Shown: positions 1 to 9,895 of the stretch, piece by piece
Position numbering within the stretch: position 1 is the first letter of the stretch
Layout of the letters: each line of letters begins with the position of its first letter
Assembly: GCA_965214835.1 (NCBI GenBank)
Contig: CBDCCK010000002.1
Location: forward strand, 1,568,001 to 1,632,000
Source of the DNA: Nitrosopumilaceae archaeon
Lineage (GTDB): Archaea; Thermoproteota; Nitrososphaeria; Nitrososphaerales; Nitrosopumilaceae
Length of the DNA: 64,000 nt
Direction: 5' to 3'
Notes under the pieces: generated by a model
Seen by the model: the letters and a program-made list of their open reading frames with translations, nothing else
Told to the model about the DNA's origin: nothing
Databases searched by the model: none
Translations under genes and position numbers: made by a program

Positions 1-2346
1 TTTTTCCTCAATGACGACAGGACAAAACTGCATTATGTGATTGATCTTGAGGGCATTGATACGACCACCGAGCAGACCCTGGATACGGCTGACGACGACC
101 TGACAAAAATCCACGTACACATTGGGAATGCCTCATCCACTGGAGCACACGCATTTAACATTATATCGCCATTCGGGGATGCCAACAACCTGAAGATCAA
201 CAACGGAACCACCACCATCTCTGGCGTATGGGATCCCTCCGATCCTGTGGGCATGGAACCCGGGGACTCCAAGCCGCTTGCAACCCAGTACGACGCTCTT
301 TGCAGCGAGGGACTGTATCTGCAGGTCCATCTTTCCAGCGGAAACATCCGCGGACAGATTGTTCCCGACGAGCGCAGCACCGCATGTGATGCACCGTATG
401 TAGTCAGCGCAACGCTGGTAAGTCCTACCGCCGTCAATATAGTCCTGTCCCAGCCGATCGACCCGTCCTCGCTGGCGGCAGGCGACTTTACCGGATTGTC
501 TCTGAACGGGACTGCCATCAGCTCGGTTTCCTCCTCAACTACTCCTGACAACAGGGGCGTCGTCACGCTGACCCTCGACGGGGTCTCTGCAGGGTTTGCC
601 AGTGACGGAGAGGTCAGCATCGCCTCCACGCTTACAAGCGCAGTCGGCATCGCGTTTGACACCGGCACAAACCCAATAACCATCAAAAACGCACTGGCAG
701 GCGTTCCACTTTACGTGACTGGCACCAACTCCCAGATCGTACTGGCAGACGGCTCGACGCTGGACACCGTCGTCGTGTCGCCTGATGCGGACTCTCCGAC
801 CCTTGACTTTAGCGGACTGTCTACCACCGATACTGCAAGCGGCAAAACCAGCATCATGCTGTCCGGCCCCCTGACTGCCAGCTCATCTGGCACCTCCGGC
901 CAGGAGTCCAAGGTGGAGTTCCCGTCTGGGCTGACCGTTACCGGAAACGCCGCAACCTTTGACGGCGTCTTTGAGCTGCCAAGCACACCCGCCTCGTGCA
1001 GCTATGGATTCAGAGCTGCAGAAAACTGTGTTTCCTTCGGCGATGGCGACTCTGAGCTGGCCTTTGACGGTCCTGTAAAGGTCACCTTGATCAACCAGGC
1101 ACAAAAGATTCCGTTTTATGCATCGCTTGGCCAGCCTGCAGTCAAAATCACTGCCTTGTGTGATGCCGCAGGCACGCCCGATGTGGGCGGGGCGAGAGTT
1201 GCCAGCGGAGGCGCAAACGGGGAGTGTGCAATTGATGACGGCTCGGACCTGGTGATCTGGACTTCTCACGCAACCGTCTTTGGCGCCGGCAGCGGCACTG
1301 GTTCCTCGGGAACCTCAGGGTCTCACCACGGCAGCGGGGCCAGCGGCGGCGGAAAGATCGTCGGGTTTGGCACGAACATGGTCTCATACAATGTCTGTGA
1401 TCAAAACCATGACGGTCTGATACGCGCACTGGCCTATGGCCTGGCAGGCAAGGAGCTTGCGATGCGCGTAAGCGACATCCAAAATGTCTATCAGGGCACG
1501 GACATCACAGACAAGATTCCGCCGTCAACCTACCTGGACAGGACAAGCCCAGACTATGACTATTTTGTATTTGAGGCCGCAATCCCACCTGGAACCGACA
1601 GGGTCTTTGTATCTGTGGCCGAGGTCGGCAAGGTCAAGCCGCTCTCCACATATCTTTCATTCTCTGGCCGTGGAGATCAGTGCGCCGACACCGTATTCCC
1701 AGTCGATCTGAAAGACGGGGAGGCGGACTTTTTGCCAATCGAGCCCTTGGACCAGCTGTCGCCGGTTGTGGCCTTTGCAGAGGCCTTGACAGCACAGCCA
1801 AATGACGACCCGATTGACTTTGAACTGCCTGCCGTGGCCCGGGACATCGAGCCATCTGGTGCACCACCCCGAGATGAAATCAAGGTACTCGTCCGAACCT
1901 CGACCAAGCAGATGCTTGACGAGGATACGCCATTGATTGAGCAGCCCGTAATTGCAGAGCACGTTGTGGCCGTAGATCCGCCCGCAGCTGAGGCGCCCGT
2001 GCTTGCAGCTCAACCCGCAGCCGTAGATCCGCCCGCAGCTGAGGCGCCCGTGCTTGCAGCTCAACCCGCAGCCGTAGATCCGCCCGCAGCTGAGGCGCCC
2101 GTGCTTGCAGCTCAACCCGCAGCCGTAGATCCGCCCGCAGCTGAGGCGCCCGTAATTGCAGAGCCCACTGTGGCAGCTGCACAGTCCGAGCCAATCTCTG
2201 CCCATATTTCCCGAGTCGACTGTGGGCCTGGCACCCATCTGATTAACGGAATATGCAAGATATCAATTCAAGCCCCGCAAATGGCCAAGGAGCAAAAACA
2301 ACTTGATCTCTTCGAACAGCTACTCTCATGGTTGGGATTTGATTAG
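1..2346 (+). CDS. Large surface protein with CHRD domain, Ig-like region and Pro/Ala repeats (5' end outside window)
   Basis: Frame is open from base 1. CHRD-like motifs IHVHIG and LYLQVH...GNIRGQI; C-terminal CGPGTHLINGIC motif as seen in thaumarchaeal surface proteins. Confidence 0.7.
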   Translation, partial: FFLNDDRTKLHYVIDLEGIDTTTEQTLDTADDDLTKIHVHIGNASSTGAHAFNIISPFGDANNLKINNGTTTISGVWDPSDPVGMEPGDSKPLATQYDALCSEGLYLQVHLSSGNIRGQIVPDERSTACDAPYVVSATLVSPTAVNIVLSQPIDPSSLAAGDFTGLSLNGTAISSVSSSTTPDNRGVVTLTLDGVSAGFASDGEVSIASTLTSAVGIAFDTGTNPITIKNALAGVPLYVTGTNSQIVLADGSTLDTVVVSPDADSPTLDFSGLSTTDTASGKTSIMLSGPLTASSSGTSGQESKVEFPSGLTVTGNAATFDGVFELPSTPASCSYGFRAAENCVSFGDGDSELAFDGPVKVTLINQAQKIPFYASLGQPAVKITALCDAAGTPDVGGARVASGGANGECAIDDGSDLVIWTSHATVFGAGSGTGSSGTSGSHHGSGASGGGKIVGFGTNMVSYNVCDQNHDGLIRALAYGLAGKELAMRVSDIQNVYQGTDITDKIPPSTYLDRTSPDYDYFVFEAAIPPGTDRVFVSVAEVGKVKPLSTYLSFSGRGDQCADTVFPVDLKDGEADFLPIEPLDQLSPVVAFAEALTAQPNDDPIDFELPAVARDIEPSGAPPRDEIKVLVRTSTKQMLDEDTPLIEQPVIAEHVVAVDPPAAEAPVLAAQPAAVDPPAAEAPVLAAQPAAVDPPAAEAPVLAAQPAAVDPPAAEAPVIAEPTVAAAQSEPISAHISRVDCGPGTHLINGICKISIQAPQMAKEQKQLDLFEQLLSWLGFD
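1969..2164 (+). repeat. 51-bp tandem repeat, about 3.8 copies, encoding AVDPPAAEAPVLAAQPA
   Basis: Units start at 1969, 2020, 2071, 2122. Confidence 0.95.
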
Positions 2347-3409
2347 AAAACACCTTCTTCTGCTGGCGTGGATTGGCCTGGTATCGGTGCCTGCCTCGTA
2401 TGTTTTTGCAGACCATGGCTCCGGCGGCGGATGCAGCGGAGACTGCACCCCGCCCACCCTGGGCGAGGATAACTCCGGGCGAGTCTTTGTAGATGACGGA
2501 TTCGGTCTGAACGGGCAGTTCTTTGACGTCTCTGGATTCCAGCAGGACTTGACGAGTCAAGACATTGAGATCGGCAGGCCAGTTGATGTCACCATCCGGG
2601 TATACGAGAATGAGGGGGTTCAGAGCCTTGTCCATGCCGGATTGACGCTGGGCGCCAAAACGGAGCTTGTCGGTGCCACCAATATGGAGACATACCAGGC
2701 AGAAATTCTCTGGGACAGAAACATCGGGGGCGGCGCGACCGTCCAGGTTCACGATAATGATCGGGTGCTGGGCGACGTCGGCGTGTCTGCAGAGCTGGGC
2801 GATGATGCCTTTGGAGGCCCAGAGGCCATCACCGTCCTCACATTCACGTTCACGCCGCTGTCATACTTTGAGATCAACCCGATTGTCGTCAACGTATGGG
2901 ATCAGAGCAGGAACAGCTGGAAGAACTACTTCTATAACGCGGCAGAGATAGTAGGCACTGCAGACTCGATCCTGGGAGACGTCGAGCTTGAGGATCCAGA
3001 AAGGCGCGTCCTGAGCATTCCCGGATGGATAAGGACCAGTGCGCATGCATGGTCGGAGGGAATCATCGACGATGATGCCTTTGCGCAGGGAATCGCATAC
3101 TGCATAGGGCGCGGCATCATCAACATCCCAGACCTGCCGGTGTCATCTGCAGAGACCCTGCCGTTCGTGGATCCTGCAAGGGGGGCCCAGTACTACCTGG
3201 ACAGGTACTACAACGAGCCGGTCTACAGGGAGTGGTTTGATGAGAACTTTCCGGGACATACCATTGAGGAGGCCGTAGGCATAACCGGCGCCAAGATCCC
3301 CTCCTGGATAAGGGACAGCGCGGGGGCCTGGGCCGATGGCATGATACCTGATGCCGCATTCGCAGCCGGAATCAAGCATCTGATCGAGCACGGCATAATC
3401 CGGCTATGA
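2339..3409 (+). CDS. Secreted thaumarchaeal protein with two IPxWIR...W..G.I.D..F..GI domains
   Basis: Signal peptide after TTG 2339; IPGWIRTSAHAWSEG and IPSWIRDSAGAWADG repeats; FVDP...YYLDRYYNE motif. Confidence 0.75.
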   Translation: MIRKHLLLLAWIGLVSVPASYVFADHGSGGGCSGDCTPPTLGEDNSGRVFVDDGFGLNGQFFDVSGFQQDLTSQDIEIGRPVDVTIRVYENEGVQSLVHAGLTLGAKTELVGATNMETYQAEILWDRNIGGGATVQVHDNDRVLGDVGVSAELGDDAFGGPEAITVLTFTFTPLSYFEINPIVVNVWDQSRNSWKNYFYNAAEIVGTADSILGDVELEDPERRVLSIPGWIRTSAHAWSEGIIDDDAFAQGIAYCIGRGIINIPDLPVSSAETLPFVDPARGAQYYLDRYYNEPVYREWFDENFPGHTIEEAVGITGAKIPSWIRDSAGAWADGMIPDAAFAAGIKHLIEHGIIRL

Positions 3410-4357
3410 TCCGGGGCGGCCCCAGCCCCTGTCTGGGATCCCCGCCGTCTTGCGGCCCAGACGGGAAACGACCCCCCCTCCAGGCTCCACTACGCCTATC
3501 TCGATGAGCCCCACCCCGCTTTTCTCTGCCGCCTTTTTGACTTTTGGGATGTTTTTCTCCGGCGCCGTAAAGACCATCTCGTACTCCTCGCCGCCAAACA
3601 GCGCCAGATCCTCGACTGGAATCCCGTTTCTTTCGGCAAAGATGCACAGGGCCTTCTCATAGGGGAGCCTGGTTACGGAGAACCTACATGCACTCTGCCT
3701 TGACATCTCGTTTAGGGTCATGGCCAGCCCGTCGCTGGAGTCCATCGACGATGACAGGTACCTTGCCGCCTTTGTGCCAAACTCCAGCCTTGGCCTTGGG
3801 TTGCAAAAGGCGTTCCTGTACCTTGCGTCAAGCCTCGGCCTGCCTGATTTTTTCCCGTTCAGCAGCAGATGCAGTCCTGCGGCCGTGTTGCCAAAGTATC
3901 CTGTGACAAAGATCCTGTCCCCCGGCTTTGCGCCCCCCCTTGGAACGATTCTCCCTGCCGTCCCGTACAGCGATACGCTGACTGACACCTCCGCCCCCCC
4001 GCTTGTATCGCCGCCCAGTATCCCCACCTTGAACTCCCTGGACGCCCTTTGAAGCCCCACTGCCAGCCCGGCAAGCTGCCTCCTTGGAAGCCCCCTTGGA
4101 ATCGTCACTGAGACCGTGCCAAACTCCGGCCTGACGCCCTTGGCGGCAAAGTCGCTGACGCATGCGGCAACTGCCTTTCTTGATACCTCGGACATTTTCA
4201 TGCCGGGGGGAACATCCGTGCTCTGAACCAGGGTGTCCACTGCCACCACGGTGATCCTGGAGCCGCGCCTGAAGACCTCGACATCCTCGTGCGGCCCCGT
4301 CCTGCCCAGCTTTTTTCGCAGGATCCCGATTATCTGGTCTTCATCTAGCTCTGTCAT
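3404..4357 (-). CDS. thiL: Thiamine-monophosphate kinase
   Basis: VSDFAAKG, GGDT, MDSSDGL and GGEEYE motifs. Confidence 0.92.
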   Translation of the reverse strand: MTELDEDQIIGILRKKLGRTGPHEDVEVFRRGSRITVVAVDTLVQSTDVPPGMKMSEVSRKAVAACVSDFAAKGVRPEFGTVSVTIPRGLPRRQLAGLAVGLQRASREFKVGILGGDTSGGAEVSVSVSLYGTAGRIVPRGGAKPGDRIFVTGYFGNTAAGLHLLLNGKKSGRPRLDARYRNAFCNPRPRLEFGTKAARYLSSSMDSSDGLAMTLNEMSRQSACRFSVTRLPYEKALCIFAERNGIPVEDLALFGGEEYEMVFTAPEKNIPKVKKAAEKSGVGLIEIGVVEPGGGVVSRLGRKTAGIPDRGWGRPGS

Positions 4358-5639
4358 GGCACCTGCCCACCAGTTTTTTTACCCCTTCCAGGATCTTCCC
4401 TGCCTTTTCCAGGTCGTTTGACTCTGCAGAGACCCTGATGACGTCCTCCGTATTTGACTTTCTCACCAGCACCCAAGAGTCCTCGTCGACTATTCCCTTT
4501 ACCCCGTCGATTGTCACGGCCTCTGAAAACTCCGACCGCATCCGTTCTGCAACCTCTCCCATGACCGCATCATGCAGCGGGGACTCTACTGCCACCCGGT
4601 CTCTTAGCTGGTGATAGCCCTGCATAAACTCCAAGACCTCCCTGATCTGATCACTGCCCAGCATCGACGCAATCAGGCCGGCAGTCAGGATTCCGTCCCT
4701 GCAGTAGTTGAACTCGGGCAGGATGAACCCGCCGCTGCTCCCCTCACCCCCCGCCTGGGATCCGGTCTTCAGGACTGTGTCGATTACGTTTGCCTCCCCA
4801 ACCCCTGATCTTGTCACCTTCCCGCCCCTCTCCCTGACGAACTTTTCAACCGAGACGCTGGTATCGATGCTAAAGACGAACCTCCTGTGTCCCATCTCCA
4901 GCGACTTGGCCACCCCCAGCCCCAGTGTTACGTCTGGGGCCTGCCTTGCCCCATCCTTGACCACGACCAGCCTGTCCCCGTCCAGGTCAAACGCAAAGCC
5001 GATATCGCCCCCCGATGACCAGCCTACCAGGTCATCGAGGCCGTCACTGGTGGGATCAGGCCCCCTGGTTGATGTCCTGACTGACTCGTTGATGGCCGTT
5101 ACCTGGCAGCCCAGCCTTTCTAGCAGCACGGGCGCAGTGCCTGCAGCCGCACTGCCCCCCAGATCCACTACTATCCGGGGCCTGCCGGAAATCATGCCGA
5201 TTATATCGCGGGCCTCCTCGATATAGCCTGACTCAAGATAGCTCTGCTGGCCTATTGCGCCCCGTCTGGCCTCCTGCCTTGTGAGGACGGCATCCAGCTC
5301 GCGCTCGTTGATCCCCCTCCCGTCGACTATGAACTTCAGACCGTTCCACTCAAGCGGGTTGTGCGATGCCGATACGACGACTCCGGCCCCGAACCTCCTT
5401 GCCTCCCTGAAGACAACCGGCGTCGGCGCAACCTCTAGGGAAAGCACGTCGATTCCGTTTTGCAGCAGTGCAGAGGCTGCAGCCTCCTGCATGATCGGGC
5501 CTGACGGCCTGGTGTCCCTTGCGATAACGCACCGGCCGGACTTTACCAGGTGTGAAAAGCTGCCGGCAAACTCAATCACGTGACTCAGTGCCAGATCCCT
5601 TCCAAAGACTCCCCTGATCCCGGAGATTGACTTTTTCAT
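4341..5639 (-). CDS. Phosphomannomutase/phosphoglucomutase family protein
   Basis: SASHNP phosphoserine loop, FDLDGDR metal loop, VRKSNTE. Confidence 0.92.
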   Translation of the reverse strand: MKKSISGIRGVFGRDLALSHVIEFAGSFSHLVKSGRCVIARDTRPSGPIMQEAAASALLQNGIDVLSLEVAPTPVVFREARRFGAGVVVSASHNPLEWNGLKFIVDGRGINERELDAVLTRQEARRGAIGQQSYLESGYIEEARDIIGMISGRPRIVVDLGGSAAAGTAPVLLERLGCQVTAINESVRTSTRGPDPTSDGLDDLVGWSSGGDIGFAFDLDGDRLVVVKDGARQAPDVTLGLGVAKSLEMGHRRFVFSIDTSVSVEKFVRERGGKVTRSGVGEANVIDTVLKTGSQAGGEGSSGGFILPEFNYCRDGILTAGLIASMLGSDQIREVLEFMQGYHQLRDRVAVESPLHDAVMGEVAERMRSEFSEAVTIDGVKGIVDEDSWVLVRKSNTEDVIRVSAESNDLEKAGKILEGVKKLVGRCHDRAR

Positions 5640-5690
5640 ATGAAAGACCCGGCAAGGCTTTTTATTAACTCTGACTGACTTTGTACTCGT

Positions 5691-5764
5691 GCCTCGGTAG
5701 CTCAGCCTGGCAGAGCGAACGCCTCGTAAGCGTTAGGTCGCGGGTTCGGATCCCGTTCGAGGCT
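5691..5764 (+). tRNA. tRNA-Thr(CGT)
   Basis: Acceptor GCCTCGG/TCGAGGC, anticodon arm AACGC-CTCGTAA-GCGTT, TTC in T-loop, upstream TTTATTAA, downstream T-run. Confidence 0.93.
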
Positions 5765-6302
5765 TTTTTAAAACTAAAACAGGGCAACAGCTCGGGCTTG
5801 AGGTGGTTTACGATTTTAGGTGCGAGTTACACCTGAAGGTCTCTTTGGCGGCAAGACTCACACCTGAGCTTCCAGAGCCCGGGCTGTTACAAAACAATGG
5901 TTAGGATCCTGACTCGCAAAGGGACTCAATGTCGGTCTCCAAGTCCTTGCCGAGTCCTACCCACCATCGCATGCCTTCTTCTGTCATTCTCCCCGTGTTA
6001 TCCCCAAAATTGTCCTTTATAGATCTGTCGGTTGACTTGGACTGCTGTATGGATCCATCCCTTGTCAAAAAACCCTGACATCGATCACCAATAGATCCCA
6101 AGACGGCTGTGGTTTTTACCCCGGTCCGTCATTTGGGACAGGCTTGCGTAAAAAAACCGGGTCGCGTCAGTGCGCGCACCAAAAACCGGATCGTGGACTT
6201 GGCATGTCGCGCCCGCTTTGATAAAAAAGCGATCGGTTCTCAACTGCACCGCACTATGGCAGGCTGGGCTGGCTTTTAGATGGCCATGCACCGATCAAGG
6301 AC

Positions 6303-6485
6303 CTAGCTCTTCTGGGACTCTTTGCCCTTTAGGTGCCTTTTGTAAAGATTGCTTGCCACCGCACCTGCCGCACACGCCCAAAAGATCGGCCATCCAGCCG
6401 GATCCTGCTGTGCTATGGGAACGACAAACGCGTAGATCGTCCCCCCCACCAGACCAAACCCTATCAAATCCAATGCCTTGTACAT
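6303..6485 (-). CDS. Small membrane protein
   Basis: 60 aa, two hydrophobic segments and a basic tail. Confidence 0.45.
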   Translation of the reverse strand: MYKALDLIGFGLVGGTIYAFVVPIAQQDPAGWPIFWACAAGAVASNLYKRHLKGKESQKS

Positions 6486-6543
6486 GGTATATGCCAGTAC
6501 TGGCCATCAAAAAGATATATTGTTTTACTGTTTCTGCTATCTG

Positions 6544-6735
6544 TTGGACAAGTATCTGCTGGTGGTTCTCGTGTTCCTGATCGGGGGCATGGGGATTGCA
6601 ATTACAAAGGATCCACCCGTGCTTGTGCTGTTTTATACCATGCTTGCAGGGGCCATAGGCGTCATCATTTACAGCGCGATGAAGGGCAGAAGGGCAGCCC
6701 AGAGGGAAAACCGACGAAGAAAATACAAAAAGTAG
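6544..6735 (+). CDS. Small two-helix membrane protein
   Basis: Two hydrophobic helices followed by an Arg/Lys tail; TTG start inferred. Confidence 0.6.
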   Translation: MDKYLLVVLVFLIGGMGIAITKDPPVLVLFYTMLAGAIGVIIYSAMKGRRAAQRENRRRKYKK

Positions 6736-6737
6736 GC

Positions 6738-7016
6738 CTAGAGGCCCAGACCGAAGGACTCTGCTATTGACGAGAACTTTTTGTACGATTCCAGGTACTG
6801 CCTTCCCTTTGGGGTGATTACGTACGTGTTTTTACCGTCAAACTCTATCTTGTTGATCAGCTCTGCGCCGGTCAGATTTGCAATGAATTTTGATAGTCTT
6901 GAATGCGAAAGGTTTGCCTTTGTTAAAAGCGAGGTTGTCTTGATTCCCTCCTGGCCGGACTGTTCGGCCGCCGTAAGCAGATCTGCTACGATCTGCACGC
7001 TTGTTCTGTAAGCCAT
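6738..7016 (-). CDS. Winged-helix transcriptional regulator (archaeal wHTH)
   Basis: YRTSVQIVADLL...KANLS...YVITPKGRQYL pattern. Confidence 0.85.
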   Translation of the reverse strand: MAYRTSVQIVADLLTAAEQSGQEGIKTTSLLTKANLSHSRLSKFIANLTGAELINKIEFDGKNTYVITPKGRQYLESYKKFSSIAESFGLGL

Positions 7017-7069
7017 TTCTAGTGATACTGGCCAACTACTGCGATATAACGGTATTGGCAGACATCGAG

Positions 7070-7155
7070 GTATAGTTTACACTGGGAGGCATTGTCAGCC
7101 GGGGCCTTGATCACCGTGCCCACCACACCGTATTTTCAAAGGGGTAAACTCTTAC
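7070..7155 (-). mobile_element. MITE-like repeat, family C (GTAAGAGTTTACCCC end)
   Basis: Aligns by eye with 10699-10790 and 28257-28349 (shared GAAAATACGGTGTGG...TGATCAAGG core). Confidence 0.65.
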
Positions 7156-7200
7156 GGCATAGAGATCAGGTAAATATAACATGAACCCGTCTGTTTAGCA

Positions 7201-7785
7201 TTGCCTGCAGACGCCGCCGCCCCATGGAATGATGGCTTTATGGGGATTGCGTACCGGTACTTTGATCTCAGGATGAACGTGGCCCCGCTCTTCGAGGAGA
7301 GAAGTCCTGCAGCGAACCTGTGGCATGAGACGATCTACTGGTGGCCCGACCATTCAATAAGGCTGCGGTTCGTAGAGGAGGACCGCAAGTACTGGTTCAT
7401 CCTGGGATCGGACTCTAGGCGGCCGGACTCCAACCTGGCACTTTACAAGCTGCTTGACAGATCCGAAAACTACGAACGATTCAAGAGGGGACACGGCGGC
7501 GAGGCCTATCTCAGGCTGGGCGTCTTTTCTAAGAAGTACAAAAAGGACGTCAAGAACGACGCACTCTGCAACTGCGGCCACGAGATGTATGATCACGGGG
7601 AGACTGCAGAAGAGGAGGACTGTCTTTATGAGGACTGTAACTGCAGGAGATTCGAGAGCTTTGAGGTAAGATTTCTCAAGAAGAAAAAGACGGTAACGGA
7701 CATAAAGTTCCTGCAAGAGTCGGAGGTAAGGGACGACGCGCTCTCATGGAACTGCCTGAACAAGAACAAGTACTGGCAGGGCTAG
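7201..7785 (+). CDS. Hypothetical protein with C-terminal CxCGH...CxC metal motif
   Basis: 194 aa ORF, TATA-like TAAATATA upstream, CNCGH and CNC. Confidence 0.75.
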   Translation: MPADAAAPWNDGFMGIAYRYFDLRMNVAPLFEERSPAANLWHETIYWWPDHSIRLRFVEEDRKYWFILGSDSRRPDSNLALYKLLDRSENYERFKRGHGGEAYLRLGVFSKKYKKDVKNDALCNCGHEMYDHGETAEEEDCLYEDCNCRRFESFEVRFLKKKKTVTDIKFLQESEVRDDALSWNCLNKNKYWQG

Positions 7786-7943
7786 CTGCTCCTGCTCATG
7801 TCCACCCTGACATGATCTCCCGGATACTGCTCGGCAATCTTCTTTGAGTAGCACTTGCCGCAAAGCGGTCCCTCCACATTCCACCCATCCATCGGCATGT
7901 AGGTCTGTGCAACCTCCCCATCGCACGCTTTACATTTGACCAT
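7782..7943 (-). CDS. 53-aa zinc-finger microprotein (not in ORF track)
   Basis: Manual translation MVKCKACDGEVAQTYMPMDGWNVEGPLCGKCYSKKIAEQYPGDHVRVDMSRSS; TTTTTATATA box upstream. Confidence 0.8.
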   Translation of the reverse strand: MVKCKACDGEVAQTYMPMDGWNVEGPLCGKCYSKKIAEQYPGDHVRVDMSRSS

Positions 7944-8370
7944 TTTGAGTCTGCTCCAGTTGTTCTATATAAAAATCATCTTGGAGGGGCAGTGCGAGGT
8001 CGCCCACTGGCAGACCAGGCGTGGGCCTGTGTGGTGAAAAGCACAGGCTCCCCGACGGCGGGGTGGCATCCCCCTGCACAGCTCATGTCCATGTTGAGGA
8101 GCCTCTAGTCGCCGTCACACAGCTGTGATTTTCACGCCTGGCAGGCGGGAGCAGGGGTTCGTGATTCATGCCATGCTTTGCAGACACCTTTATCCGTCGG
8201 GTGCATGTTCGTACCCCTTGGAGGCCGGGACTGCCAATCATGAATTACTTTTCACGCACCTAGACCCGCACCTGTCACGACGCTGCCTCTGATCCGCCGG
8301 GCCCCAGTCGTCACCTGCCCTGTTCTTGATAATGCCTGCAAACCCCCAATCTCCTTTCTACGCCGTCGCA

Positions 8371-9285
8371 CTAGTCTGAGCCGTCATCCTTCTCACCGTC
8401 ATACCACCTGGTATTGCACCTGTTGCACTCCCAGTCCGGTATAATGCCCATGCCGCAGCATCCATCCAGGCTGATTTTCTTTTTGGCCATGAGCTTCTCG
8501 GCGTCCCCGTCAATGAGCACATGTCCGTGGATGGTCCTGCAGAGGTCGGCGCTACGGCAGTTGGGGCAGTACGGGTTCCACTCGTTTCCACACCCGTTGC
8601 AGTGCCGGGCCGGATCAGCAGTCTTCTCCGGCCAGGCGAATTTCTCCTCTGCCATGCTGGTCGAGGCGGGTCTCCTGAAAAAGGAGGATGGCGAGAACCT
8701 GCCGGGCCGGATCTTCTTTTCGGCCACGAGGCGGTCGTACTCTGCTTCATCGGCAGGAGATCCGTAGGTAATCGGGCCGGGCTCCAGAACCACGTATGGG
8801 GGTGGTTTGGAGTCCTTTGCGCCTGCATCTGGCCTGTAGACAATCTGGCATGTATCACTGCTACCGCATTTGGGGCAGTAGAGGCCCCACTTTTTTTGGC
8901 AGTCGTTGCAGTACAGGGCGGGGCTGGTCGGGGAGACGCCAGATCCGCCCAGGTGGATTCTCCCTTGGGCTACAAGCCTGTCGTGTTTCTCCCTGTCTAC
9001 TAGACGCACAATAGAGGAGAGGTTAAAGTCGTTCCAAGAAGGCGGCAGAGGATCATCATCCCTGTATTCTGGCGGTACGGTAAGGGGGAACCTGAGACCG
9101 TCTCCAGAGCATGCTGCAAGGCAGTCGTGCATTTCCCTGTCTACTGGCTGCACGACGGGGGGAAGCCAGATGCCATATTTGTAATGGGCCACAAGAATGT
9201 CGTACTCTTTCTGGCTCGCAACGGGCACGTATACGATCTCACAGGTGTTGCAGCCGCCGCACTTTGGACAGTCAGTGGCAGGCAT
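8371..9285 (-). CDS. Protein with three tandem split zinc-ribbon repeats
   Basis: CPKC/CPKC/CPNC units, each followed by an IVY or IHG segment and a downstream CxxC..W. Confidence 0.75.
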   Translation of the reverse strand: MPATDCPKCGGCNTCEIVYVPVASQKEYDILVAHYKYGIWLPPVVQPVDREMHDCLAACSGDGLRFPLTVPPEYRDDDPLPPSWNDFNLSSIVRLVDREKHDRLVAQGRIHLGGSGVSPTSPALYCNDCQKKWGLYCPKCGSSDTCQIVYRPDAGAKDSKPPPYVVLEPGPITYGSPADEAEYDRLVAEKKIRPGRFSPSSFFRRPASTSMAEEKFAWPEKTADPARHCNGCGNEWNPYCPNCRSADLCRTIHGHVLIDGDAEKLMAKKKISLDGCCGMGIIPDWECNRCNTRWYDGEKDDGSD

Positions 9286-9429
9286 GTCCTACCCCAAATG
9301 GCCTCCAAGGCATTCCAAGCCGCGCATGCTCAAAGAATGCCCGGCCACATTTCCAGTCTCCATCTAACAAACCTACAAAGGGCAGCCGACCCGCAAATAT
9401 TAGCCTGCCTTGCAGCCCAGTAACCCGAC

Positions 9430-9547
9430 GTAACAGGTTAGCTCCTGCCTAGAGTTGGAGCTGCGTCCCTTGCCGGACAGGCATGAAAATCACAACTGCA
9501 GGCAGATTCGCGCCTGATTGCTGCCTAGGCAGGGGCTAACCTGTTAC
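9430..9547. mobile_element. 118-bp IS66-type MITE (family A)
   Basis: 23-bp TIR GTAACAGGTTAGCTCCTGCCTAG; 8-bp TSD AACCCGAC at 9422-9429 and 9548-9555; TIR matches the IS66 end at 21062-21084. Confidence 0.9.
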
Positions 9548-9713
9548 AACCCGACTTGTGGCGGTGCAGACGGCCATGTGCGGATCTGCAGGAGGCCTGA
9601 TTTGGGCTGTTTTGCATTTGGAGCTGTAGCACACACGTCAAAAATTGCAACATGATTTTGACATATCGTGCCTATTTCGATAAGAAAATACCCGATTTTC
9701 AACTGTGCGCACT

Positions 9714-9843
9714 GGGGTTGTTTCCTAATTCCAGTTGCCTGATTCAATCTGTATATTTTTCTGAATTTTCGCCCTTTTGCACGCCTGATCCATGAGGCAT
9801 CTCAACGGTTTTCAGGAATTCTGACGAATTAGGAAACAACCTC
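9714..9843. mobile_element. 130-bp MITE (family D)
   Basis: TIR GGGGTTGTTTCCTAATTC; 9-bp TSD GTGCGCACT; close copy at 51729-51857. Confidence 0.9.
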
Positions 9844-9895
9844 GTGCGCACTGTGTCTTGTGTTGCACCTTGGTGTAGAACAACGCCCGACTCGG

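Noticed and set aside
33-686. Long antisense and alternate-frame ORFs throughout the track (for example 33-686, 15786-16541, 33692-34252)
   Set aside because: Shadows of well-supported genes in GC-rich DNA; no motifs of their own
1969-2164. Possible CRISPR array
   Set aside because: Contiguous in-frame coding tandem repeat with no spacers
5800-6291. Possible integrated element or gene remnant after tRNA-Thr
   Set aside because: Only short broken ORFs; no recognisable motif or att duplication
7990-8300. GC-rich hairpins suggesting an ncRNA such as SRP RNA
   Set aside because: No SRP or RNase P signature recognised; better explained as decayed family-B repeats
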